A stretch of DNA of 64,000 nucleotides from Mobula hypostoma (Eukaryota), in assembly GCF_963921235.1 (NCBI RefSeq), contig NC_086097.1, positions 174,222,001 to 174,286,000 of the forward strand, in the 5' to 3' direction. The position numbers were made by a program, and so were the translations under genes. A model generated the notes under the pieces. The model did no database searches and was not told the origin of the DNA. It saw only the letters and a program-made list of their open reading frames with translations. Positions 1-12,000 of this stretch are shown here, piece by piece (the first letter of the stretch is position 1; each line of letters opens with the position of its first letter).

Positions 1-3000
1 GCTACCAGAGAGGGTAAACTGCCTTCTAATTGCTGGTGGGATTGCTCTGCTACTAGAGAGGGTAAATTGTCTTCTGATTGCTGGTGGGATTGCTCTGCTA
101 CCAGAGAGGGTAAATTGCCTTCTGATTGCTGGTGGGATTGCTCTGCTATCAACGAAGGTAAATTGCCTTCTGATTGCTGGTGGGATTGCTCTGCTACCAG
201 ACAGGGTAAATTGCCTTCTGATTGCTGGTGGGATTGCTCTGCTTCCAAAGAAGGTAAATTGCCTACTGATTGCTGGTGGGATTGCTGTGCTGCTGGAGAG
301 GAGGGACTGCTTTCTGATTGCTGGTGGGATTGCTCTGCTACCAGAGAGGGTAAATTGCCTTCTGATTGCTGGTGGGATTGCTCTGCGACCAGAGAGGATA
401 AATTGCCTTCTGATTGCTGTTGGGATTGCTCTGCTGCTGGAGAAGGGGGACTGCTTTCTGATTGCTAGTGGGATTGCTCTGCTACCAGAGAGGGTAAATT
501 GCCTTCTGATTGCTGGTGGGATTGCTCTGCTACCAGAGAGGGTAAACTGCCTTCTGATTGCTGGTGGGATTGCTCTGCTTCCAAAGAAGGTAAATTGCCT
601 TCTGATTGCTGGTGGGATTGCTCTGCTGCTGGAGAGGGGGGACTGCTTTCTGATTGCTGGTGGGATTGCTCTGCTACCAGAGAGGGTAAATTGCCTTCTT
701 ATTGCTGGTGGGATTGCTCTCCTACCAAAGAAGGTAAATTGCCTTCTGATTGCTGGTGGGATTGCTCCGCTGCTGGAGAGAGGGGACTGCTTTCTGATTG
801 CTTGTGGGATTGCTTTGCTACTGGAGAGGGTAAATTCCCTTCTGATTGCTGGTGGGATTGCTCTGCTACCAAAGAAGGTAAATTGCCTTCTGATTGCTGG
901 TGGGATTGCTCTGCTGCTGGAGAGAGGGGACTGCTTTCTGATTGCTTGTGTGATTGCTCTGCTACCAGAGAGGGTAAATTCCCTTCTGATTGCTGGTGGG
1001 ATTGCTCTGCTACCAAAGAAGGTAAATTGCCTTCTGATTGCTGTTGGGATTGGTCTGGTACCAGAGAGGGTAAACTGCCTTCTGATTGCTGGTGGGATTG
1101 CTCTGCTACCAGAGAGGGTAAATTGCCTTCTAATTGCTGGTGGGATTGCTGTGCTACTGTAGAGGGGTGACTGCTTTCTGATTGCTGGTGGGATTGCTCT
1201 GCTACCAGAGAGGGTAAATTGCCTTCTGATTGCTGGTGGGATTGCTCTGCTACCAGATAGAGTAAATTGCCTTCTAATTGCTGGTGGGATTGCTCTGCTA
1301 ACAGAGAGGGTAAATTGCCTTCTGATTCCTGGTGGGATGGCTGTGCTGCTGGAGATGGGGGGCTGCTTTCAGATTACTGGTGGGATTGCTGTGCCAATGG
1401 AGAGGGTAAATTCCCTTCTGATTGCTGGTGGGATTGGTGTGGTACCAGAGAGGGTAAACTGTCTTCTGATTGCTGGTGGGATTGCTCTGCTACCAGACAG
1501 AGTAAATTGCCTTCTAATTGCTGGTCGGATTGCTGTGCTACCAGAGAGGGTAAATGGCCTTCTTATTGCTGGTGGGATTGCTCTCCTACCAGAGAAGGGT
1601 AAATTGCCTTTTGATTGCTGGTGGGATTGGTCTGCTGCTGGAGGGGGGGGGCTGCTTTCAGATTACTGGTGGGATTGCTGTGCCACTGGAGATGGTAAAT
1701 TGCCTTCTGATTGCTGGTGGGATTGCTCTGCTACCAGAGAGCGTAAACTGCCTTCTGATTGCTGGTGGGATTGCTCTGCTAACAGAGAGGGTAAATTGCC
1801 TTCTGATTGCCGGTGGGATTGCTGTGCTACCACAGATGGTAAATTGCCTTCTAATTGCTGGTGGGATTGCTGTGCTACCAGAGAGGGTAAATTGCCTTCT
1901 GATTGCTGGTGGGATTGCTCTGCTACCAGAGAGGGTAAATTGCCTTCTGATTGCTGGTGGGATTGCTCTGCTGCTGGAGAGGGGGGACTGCTTTCTGATT
2001 GCTGGTGGGATTGCTCTGCTACCAGAGAGGGTAAATTGCCTTCTGATTGCTGCTGGGATTGCTCTGCTACCAGAGAGGGTAAATTGCTTTCTGATTGCTG
2101 GTGGGATTGCACTGCTCCCAGAGATGGTAAACGGCCTTCTGATTGCTGGTGGGATTGCTGTGGTACCAAAGAGGGTAAATTGCCTTCTGATTGCTGGTGG
2201 GATTGCTGTGCTACCAGAGACGGTAAACTGCCTTCTGTTGCTGGTGGGATTGCTGTGCCACTGGAGAGGGTAAATTGCCTTCTGATTGCTGGTGGGATTG
2301 CTGTGCTACCAGAGACGGTAAACTGCCTTCTGTTGCTGGTGGGATTGCTGTGCCACTGGAGAGGGTAAATTGCCTTCTGATTGCTGGTGGGATTGGTCTG
2401 GTACCAGAGAGGGTAAACTGCCTTCTGATTGCTGGTGGGATTGCTCTGCTACCAAAGAAGGTAAATTGCCCTCTGATTGCTGGTGGGATTGCTGTGCTGC
2501 TGGAGAGGGGGGACTGCTTTCTGATTGCTGGTGGGATTGCTCTGCTACCAGATAGAGTAAATTGCCTTCTAATTGCTGGTGGGATTGCTCTGCTAACAGA
2601 GAGGGTAAATTGCCTTCTGATTCCTGGTGGGATGGCTGTGCTGCTGGAGATGGGGGGCTGCTTTCAGATTACTGGTGGGATTGCTGTGCCAATGGAGAGG
2701 GTAAATTCCCTTCTGATTGCTGGTGGGATTGGTGTGGTACCAGAGAGGGTAAACTGTCTTCTGATTGCTGGTGGGATTGCTCTGCTACCAGACAGAGTAA
2801 ATTGCCTTCTAATTGCTGGTGGGATTGCTGTGCTACCAGAGAGGGTAAATTGCCTTCTGATTGCTGGTGGGATTGCTCTGCTACCAGAGAAGGGTAAATT
2901 GCCTTCTGATTGCTGGTGGGATTGGTCTGCTGCTGGAGAGGGGGGACTGCTTTCTGATTGCTCGTGGGATTGCTCTGCTACCAGAGAGGGTAAATTGCCT

Positions 3001-6000
3001 TCTCATTGCTGGTGGGATTGCTCTGCTACCAGAGAGGGTAAATTGCCTTCTGACCACTGGTGGGATTGCTCTGCGATCACAGAGGGTAAATTGCCTTCTG
3101 ATTGCTGCTGGGATTGCTCTGCTAACAGAGAGGGTAAATTGCCTTCTGATTGCTGGTGGGATTGCTGTGCTACCAGAGAGGGTAAATTGCCTTCTGATTG
3201 CTGGTGGGATTGCTGTGCTGCTGGAGAGGCGGGACTGTTTTCTGATTGCTGGTGGGATTGCTCTGCTGCTGGAGGGGGGGGGCTGCTTTCAGATTACTGG
3301 TGGGATTGCTGTGCCACTGGAGATGGTAAATTGCCTTCTGATTGCTGGTGGGATTGCTCTGCTACCAGAGAGCGTAAACTGCCTTCTGATTGCTGGTGGG
3401 ATTGCTCTGCTAACAGAGAGGGTAAATTGCCTTCTGATTGCTGGTGGGATTGCTGTGCTACCAGAGAGGGTAAATTGCCTTCTGATTGCTGGTGGGATTG
3501 CTGTGCTACCAGAGAGGGTAAATTGCCTTCTGATTGCTGGTGGGATTGCTCTGCTACCAGAGAGGGTAATTTGCCTTCTGATTGCTGGTGGGATTGCTCT
3601 GCTGCTGGAGAGGGGGGACTGCTTTCTGATTGCCGGTGGGATTGCTGTGCTACTGGAGAGGGTAAATTGCCTTTTGATTGCTGGTGGGATTGCTCTGCTA
3701 CCAGAGAGGGTAAATTGCCTTCTGATTGCTGGTGGAATTGCTCTGCTACCAGAGAGGGTAATTTGCCTTTTGATTGCTGGTGGGATTGCTCTGCTACCAG
3801 AGAGGGTAAACTGCCTTCTGATTGCTGGTGGGATTGCTGTGCTACTGGAGAGGGTAAATTGCCTTCTGATTGCTGGTGGGATTGCTCTGCAACCAGAGAG
3901 GGTAAATTGCCTTCTGATTGCTGGTGGGATTGCTCTGCTACCAGAGAGGGTAAACTGCCTTCTGATTGCTGGTGGGATTGCTCTGCTACTAGAGAGGGTA
4001 AATTGTCTTCTGATTGCTGGTGGGATTGCTCTGCTACCAGAGAGGGTAAATTGCCTTCTGACCACTGGTGGGATTGCTCTGTGATCACAGAGGGTAAATT
4101 GCCTTCTGATTGCTGGTGGGATTGCTCTGCTACCAGAGAGGGTAAACTGCCTTCTGATTGCTGGTGGGATTGCTGTGCTACTGGAGAGGGTAAATTGCCT
4201 TCTGATTGCTGGTGGGATTGCTCTGCAACCAGAGAGGGTAAATTGCCTTCTGATTGCTGGTGGGATTGCTCTGCTACCAGAGAGGGTAAACTGCCTTCTA
4301 ATTGCTGGTGGGATTGCTCTGCTACTAGAGAGGGTAAATTGTCTTCTGATTGCTGGTGGGATTGCTCTGCTACCAGAGAGGGTAAATTGCCTTCTGATTG
4401 CTGGTGGGATTGCTCTGCTACCAGAGAGGGTAAACTGCCTTCTAATTGCTGGTGGGATTGCTCTGCTACCAGAGAGGGTAAATTGTCTTCTGATTGCTGG
4501 TGGGATTGTTGTGCTGCTGGAGAGGAGGGACTGCTTTCTGATTGTTGGTGGGATTGCTCTGCTGCTGGAGAGGGGGGACTGCTTTCAGATTGCTGGTGGG
4601 ATTGCTCTGCTACCAGAGAGGGTAAATTGCCTTCTGATTGCTGGTGGGATTGCTCTGCTATCAACGAAGGTAAATTGCCTTCTGATTGCTGGTGGGATTG
4701 CTCTGCAACCAGAGAGGGTAAATTGCCTTTTGATTGCTGGTGGGATTGCTCTGCTACCAGAGAGGGTAAACTGCCTTCAAATTGCTGGTGGGATTGCTCT
4801 GCTACAAGAGAGGGTAAATTGTCTTCTGATTGCTGGTGGGATTGTTGTGCTGGTGGAGAGGAGGGACTGCTTTCTGATTGCTGGTGGGATTGCTCTGCTG
4901 CTGGAGAGGGGGGACTGCTTTCAGATTGCTGGTGGGATTGCTCTGCTACCAGAGAGGGTAAATTGCCTTCTCATTGCTGGTGGGATTGCTCTGCTACCAG
5001 AGAGGGTAAACTGCCGTCTAACCACTGGTGCGATTCCTCTGATACCAGAGAGGGCAAATTGCTTTCTGATTGCTGGTGGGATTGCTCTGCTGCTGGAGAC
5101 AGGGAAGTGCTTTCTGATTGCTGGCGGGATTGCTTTGGTACTGGAGAGGGGGGACTGCTTTCTGATTGCTGGTGGGATTGCTCTGCGACCAGAGAGGGTA
5201 AATTACCTTCTGATTGCTGGTGGGATTGCTCTACTACCAAAGAAGGTAAATTGCCTTCTGATTGCTGGTGGGATTGCTGTGCTGCTGGAGAGGAGGGACT
5301 GCTTTTTGATTGCTGGTGGGATTGCTGTGCCACTGGAGAGGGTAAATTGCCTTCTGATTGCTGGTGGGATTGCTCTGCTACCAGATAGGGTAAACTTCCT
5401 TCTGACCACTGGTGCGATTGCTCTGCTACCAGAGAGGGCAAATTGCCTTCTGATTGCTGGTGGGATTGCTCTGCTCCCAGAGAGGGTAAATTGGCTTCTG
5501 ATTGCTGGTAGGATTGCTCTGCTGCTGGAGAAGGGGGACTGCTTACTGCTTGCTGATGGGATTGGTCTGCTACCAGAGCGGGTAAATTGCCTTCTGATTG
5601 CTGGTGGGATTGCTCTGCTGCTGGAGAGGGGGGACTGCTTTCTGGTTGTCGGTGGGATTGCTGTGCTCCTGGAGAGGATAAATTGCCTTTTGATTGCTGG
5701 TGGCATTGCTCTGCTACCAGGGAGGGTAAACTGCCTTCTGATTGCTGGTGGGATTGCTGTGCTACCAGAGAGGGTAAATTGCCTTCTGATTGCTGGTGGG
5801 ATTGCTCTGCTACCAAAGAAGGTAAATTGCCTTCTGATTGCTGGTGGGATTGCTCTGCTACTGGAGAGGGTAATTTGCCTTCTGATTGCTGGTGGGATTG
5901 GTCTGTCACCAGAGAGCGTAAACTGCCTTCTGATTGCTGGTGAGATTGCTCTGCTGCTGGAGAGAGGGGACTGCTTTCTGATTGCTGGCGGGATTGCTTT

Positions 6001-9000
6001 GCTACTGGAGAGGGGGCACTGCTTTTTGATTGCTGGTGGGATTGCTCTGCGACCAGAGAGGGTAAATTGACTTCTGATTGCTGGTGGGAATGCTGTGCTA
6101 CTGGAGAGGGGGAACTGCTTTCAGATTGCTGTTGGGATTGCTGTGCTGCTGGAGAGGGGGGGGCTGCTTTCAGATTGCTGGTGGGATTGCTCTGCTGCTG
6201 GAGAGAGGGGACTGCTTTCTGATTGCTGGTGGGATTATTCTGCTACGAGAGAGGGTAAAATGCCTTCTAATTACTGGTAGGATTGCTGTGCCACTGGAGA
6301 GGGTAAACTGCCATCTGATTGCTGGTGGGATTGCTCTGCTACCAGAGAGGGTAATTTGCCTTCTGATTGCTGGTGGGATTGCTCTGCTGCTGGAGAGGGG
6401 GGACTGCTTTCTGATTGCCGGTGGGATTGCTGTGCTAATGGAGAGGGTAAATTCCCTTTTGATTGCTGGTGGGATTGCTCTGCTACCAGAGAGGGTAAAT
6501 TGCCTTCTGATTGATGGTGGGATTGCTCTGCTGCTGGAGAGGGTAAATTGCCTTCTGATTGCTGGTGGGATTGCTCTGCTACCAGAGAGGGTAAATTGCC
6601 TTCTGATTGCTGGTGGGATTGCTCTGCTGCTGGAGAGGGGGGACTGCTTTCTGATTGCTGGTGGGATTGCTGTGCTCCTGGAGAGGGTAAATTGCCTTCT
6701 GATTGCTGGTGGGATTGCTCTGCTACCAGAGAGGGTAAACTGCCTTCTGATTGCTGGTGGGATTGCTGTGCTACCAGAGAGGGTAAATTGCCTTCTGATT
6801 GCTGGTGGGATTGCTCTGCTACCAAAGAAGGTAAATTGCCTTCTGATTGCTGGTGGGATTGCTCTGCTACTGGAGAGGGTAATTTGCCTTCTGATTGCTG
6901 TTGGGATTGCTCTGCTACCAGAGAGGGTAAACTGCCTTCTGATTGCTGCTGGGATTGCTCTGCTGCTGGAGAGCTGGGACTGCTTTCTGATTGCTGGTGG
7001 GATTGCTGTGCTACTGGAGAGGGTAAATTGCCTTCTGATTGCTGGTGGGATTGCTCTGCGACCAGAGAGGGTAAATTGACTTCTGATTGCTGGTGGGAAT
7101 GCTGTGCTACTGGAGAGGGGGAACTGCTTTCAGATTGCTGGTGGGATTGCTGTGCTGCTGGAGAGGGGGGGGCTGCTTTCAGATTGCTGGTGGGATTGCT
7201 CTGCTGCTGGAGAGAGGGGACTGCTTTCTGATTGCTGGTGGGATTATTCTGCTACGAGAGAGGGTAAAATGCCTTCTAATTACTGGTAGGATTGCTGTGC
7301 CACTGGAGAGGGTAAACTGCCTTCTGATTGCTGGTGGGATTGCTCTGCTACCAGAGAGGGTAAATTGCCTTCTGATTGCTGGTGGGATTGCTCTGCTGCT
7401 GGAGAGGGGGGACTGCTTTCTGATTGCCGGTGGGATTGCTGTGCTACCAGAGAGGGTAAATTGCCTTCTGATTGCTGGTGGGATTGCTCTGCTCCCAGAG
7501 AGGGTAAATTGCCTTCTGATTGATGGTGGGATTGCTCTGCTGCTGGAGAGGGTAATTTGCCTTCTGATTGCTGTTGGGATTGCTGTGTTGCTGGAGAGGT
7601 GGGGCTGCTTCAGATTGCTGGTGGGATTGCTGTGCCACTGGAGAGGGTAAATTGCCTTCTGATTGCTGGTGGGATTGGTCTGGTACCAGAGAGGGTAAAC
7701 TGCCTTCTGATTGCTGGTGGGATTGCTCTGCTACGAGAGAGGGTAAATTGCCTTCTGACCACTGGTGGGATTGCTCTGCGATCAGAGAGGGTAAATTGCC
7801 TTCTGATTGCTGGTGGGATTGCTCTGCTACCAGAGAGGGTAAACTGCCTTCTGACTGCTGGTGGGATTACTGTGCTACTGGAGAGGGTAAATTGCCTTCT
7901 GATTGCTGGTGGGATTGCTCTGCAACCAGAGAGGGTAAATTGCCTTCTGATTGCTGGTGGGATTGCTCTGCTACCAGAGAGGGTAAATTGCCTTCTGATT
8001 GCTGGTGGGATTGCTCTGCTACCAGAGAGGGTAAATTGCCTTCTGATTGCTGGTGGGATTGCTCTGCTACCAGAGAGGGTAAATTGCCTTCTGATTGCTG
8101 GTGGGATTGCTCTGCTTCCAAAGAAGGTAAATTGCCTTCTTATTGCTGGTGGGATTGCTCTCCTACCAAAGAAGGTAAATTGCCTTCTGATTGCTGGTGG
8201 GATTGCTCCGCTGCTGGAGAGAGGGGACTGCTTTCTGATTGCTTGTGGGATTGCTTTGCTACTGGAGAGGGTAAATTCCCTTCTGATTGCTGGTGGGATT
8301 GCTCTGCTACCAAAGAAGGTAAATTGCCTTCTGATTGCTGGTGGGATTGCTCTGCTGCTGGAGAGAGGGGACTGCTTTCTGATTGCTTGTGTGATTGCTC
8401 TGCTACCAGAGAGGGTAAATTCCCTTCTGATTGCTGGTGGGATTGCTCTGCTACCAAAGAAGGTAAATTGCCTTCTGATTGCTGGTGGGATTGCTCTGCT
8501 ACCAGAGAGGGTAAACTGCCTTCTGATTGCTGGTGGGATTGCTCTGCTACCAGAGAGGGTAAATTGCCTTCTGATTGCTGGTGGGATTGCTGTGCTACTG
8601 TAGAGGGGTGACTGCTTTCTGATTGCTGGTGGGATTGCTCTGCTACCAGAGAGGGTAAATTGCCTTCTGATTCCTGGTGGGATGGCTGTGCTGCTGGAGC
8701 TGGGGGGCTGCTTTCAGATTACTGGTGGGATTGCTGTGCCAATGGAGAGGGTAAATTCCCTTCTGATTGCTGGTGGGATTGCTCTGCTACCAGAGAGGGT
8801 AAATTGCCTTCTGATTGCTGGTGGGATTGCTCTGCTACCAGAGAGGGTAAACTGCCTTCTGATTGCTGGTGGGATTGCTCTGCTACCAGAGAGGGTAAAT
8901 TGCCTTCTGATTGCTGGTGGGATTGCTCTGCTACCAGAGAGGGTAAATTGCCTTCTGATTGCCGGTGGGATTGCTGTGCTACCACAGATGGTAAATTGCC

Positions 9001-12000
9001 TTCTAATTGCTGGTGGGATTGCTGTGCTACCAGAGAGGGTAAATTGCCTTCTGATTGCTGGTGGGATTGCTGTGCTACCAGAGAGGGTAAATTGCCTTCT
9101 GATTGCTGGTGGGATTGCTCTGCTACCAGAGAGGGTAAATTGCCTTCTAATTGCTGGTGGGATTGCTCTGCTACGAGAGAGGGTAAATTGCCTTCTGATT
9201 GCTGGTGGGATTGCTGTGCTACCAGAGAGGGTAAATTGCCTTCTAATTGCTGGTGGGATTGCTCTGCTACGAGAGAGGGTAAACTGCCTTCTGATTGCTG
9301 GTGGGATTGCTCTGCTACGAGAGAGGGTAAATTGCCTTCTGATTGCTGGTGGGATTGCTCTGCTACCAGAGAGGGTAAACTGCCTTCTGATTGCTGGTGG
9401 GATTACTCTGCTACGAGAGAGGGTAAATTGCCTTCTGATTGCTGGTGGGATTGCTCTGCTACCAGAGAGGGTAAACTGCCTTCTGATTGCTGGTGGGATT
9501 ACTCTGCTACGAGAGAGGGTAAATTGCCTTCTGACCACTGGTGGGATTGCTCTGCTACCAGAGAGGGTAAACTGCCTTCTGATTGCTGGTGGGATTACTC
9601 TGCTGCCACAGAGGGTAAACTGCCTTCTGATTGCTGGTGGGATTGCTGTGCTACCAGAGAGGGTAAATTGCCTTCTGATTGCTGGTGGGATTGCTCTGCT
9701 ACCAAAGAAGGTAAATTGCCTTCTGATTGCTGGTGGGATTGCTCTGCTACTGGAGAGGGTAATTTGCCTTCTGATTGCTGTTGGGATTGCTCTGCTGCTG
9801 GAGAGAGGGGAGTGCTTTCTGATTGTTGGCGGGGTTGCTTTGCTACTGGAGAGGGTAAATTGCCTTCTGATTGCTGGTGGAATTGCTCTGCTACTAGAGA
9901 GGGTAAATTGTCTTCTGATTGCTGGTGGGATTGCTCTGCTACCAGAGAGGGTAAATTGCCTTCTGATTGCTGGTGGGATTGCTCTGCTATCAACGAAGGT
10001 AAATTGCCTTCTGATTGCTGGTGGGATTGCTCTGCTTCCAAAGAAGGTAAATTGCCTACTGATTGCTGGTGGGATTGCTGTGCTGCTGGAGAGGAGGGAC
10101 TGCTTTCTGATTGCTGGTGGGATTGCTCTGCTACCAGAGAGGGTAAATTGCCTTCTGATTGCTGGTGGGATTGCTCTGCGACCAGAGAGGATAAATTGCC
10201 TTCTGATTGCTGGTGGGATTGCTCTGCTGCTGGAGAAGGGGGACTGCTTTCTGATTGCTAGTGGGATTGCTCTGCTACCAGAGAGGGTAAATTGCCTTCT
10301 GATTGCTGGTGGGATTGCTCTGCTACCAGAGAGGGTAAACTGCCTTCTGATTGCTGGTGGGATTGCTCTGCTTCCAAAGAAGGTAAATTGCCTTCTGATT
10401 GCTGGTGGGATTGCTCTGCTGCTGGAGAGGGGGGACTGCTTTCTGATTGCTGGTGGGATTGCTCTGCTACCAGAGAGGGTAAATTGCCTTCTGATTGCTG
10501 GTGGGATTGCTCTGCTACCAAAGAAGGTAAATTGCCTTCTGATTGCTGGTGGGATTGCTCTGCTGCTGGAGAGAGGGGACTGCTTTCTGATTGCTTGTGG
10601 GATTGCTTTGCTACTGGAGAGGGGGGTCTGCTTTCTGATTGCTTGTGTGATTGCTCTGCTACCAGAGAGGGTAAATTCCCTTCTGATTGCTGGTGGGATT
10701 GCTCTGCTACCAAAGAAGGTAAATTGCCTTCTGATTGCTGGTGGGATTGGTCTGGTACCAGAGAGGGTAAACTGCCTTCTGATTGCTGGTGGGATTGCTC
10801 TGCTACCAGAGAGGGTAAATTGCCTTCTAATTGCTGGTGGGATTGCTGTGCTACTGTAGAGGGGGGACTGCTTTCTGATTGCTGGTGGGATTGCTCTGCT
10901 ACCAGAGAGGGTAAATTGCCTTCTGATTGCTGGTGGGATTGCTCTGCTACCAGATAGAGTAAATTGCCTTCTAATTGCTGGTGGGATTGCTCTGCTAACA
11001 GAGAGGGTAAATTGCCTTCTGATTCCTGGTGGGATGGCTGTGCTGCTGGAGATGGGGGGCTGCTTTCAGATTACTGGTGGGATTGCTGTGCCAATGGAGA
11101 GGGTAAATTCCCTTCTGATTGCTGGTGGGATTGGTGTGGTACCAGAGAGGGTAAACTGTCTTCTGATTGCTGGTGGGATTGCTCTGCTACCAGACAGAGT
11201 AAATTGCCTTCTAATTGCTGGTCGGATTGCTGTGCTGCCAGAGAGGGTAAATGGCCTTCTTATTGCTGGTGGGATTGCTCTCCTACCAGAGAAGGGTAAA
11301 TTGCCTTTTGATTGCTGGTGGGATTGGTCTGCTGCTGGAGAGGGGGGACTGCTTTCTGATTGCTCGTGGGATTGCTCTGCTACCAGAGAGGGTAAATTGC
11401 CTTCTCATTGCTGGTGGGATTGCTCTGCTACCAGAGAGGGTAAATTGCCTTCTGACCACTGGTGGGATTGCTCTGCGATCACAGAGGGTAAATTGCCTTC
11501 TGATTGCTGGTGGGATTCCTCTGCTAACAGAGAGGGTAAATAGCTTTCTGATTGCTGGTGGGATTGCTGTGCTGCCAGAGAGGGTAAATTGCCTTCTGAT
11601 TGCTGGTGGGATTGCTGTGCTGCTGGAGAGGCGGGACTGTTTTCTGATTGCTGGTGGGATTGCTCTGCTGCTGGAGCGGGGGGGCTGCTTTCAGATTACT
11701 GGTGGGATTGCTGTGCCACTGGAGATGGTAAATTGCCTTCTGATTGCTGGTGGGATTGCTCTGCTACCAGAGAGCGTAAACTGCCTTCTGATTGCTGGTG
11801 GGATTGCTCTGCTAACAGAGAGGGTAAATTGCCTTCTGATTGCTGGTGGGATTGCTGTGCTACCAGAGAGGGTAAATTGCCTTCTGATTGCTGGTGGGAT
11901 TGCTCTGCTACCAGAGAGGGTAAATTGCCTTCTGATTGCTGGTGGGATTGCTCTGCTACCAGAGAGGGTAAATTGCCTTCTGATTGCTGGTGGGATTGCT

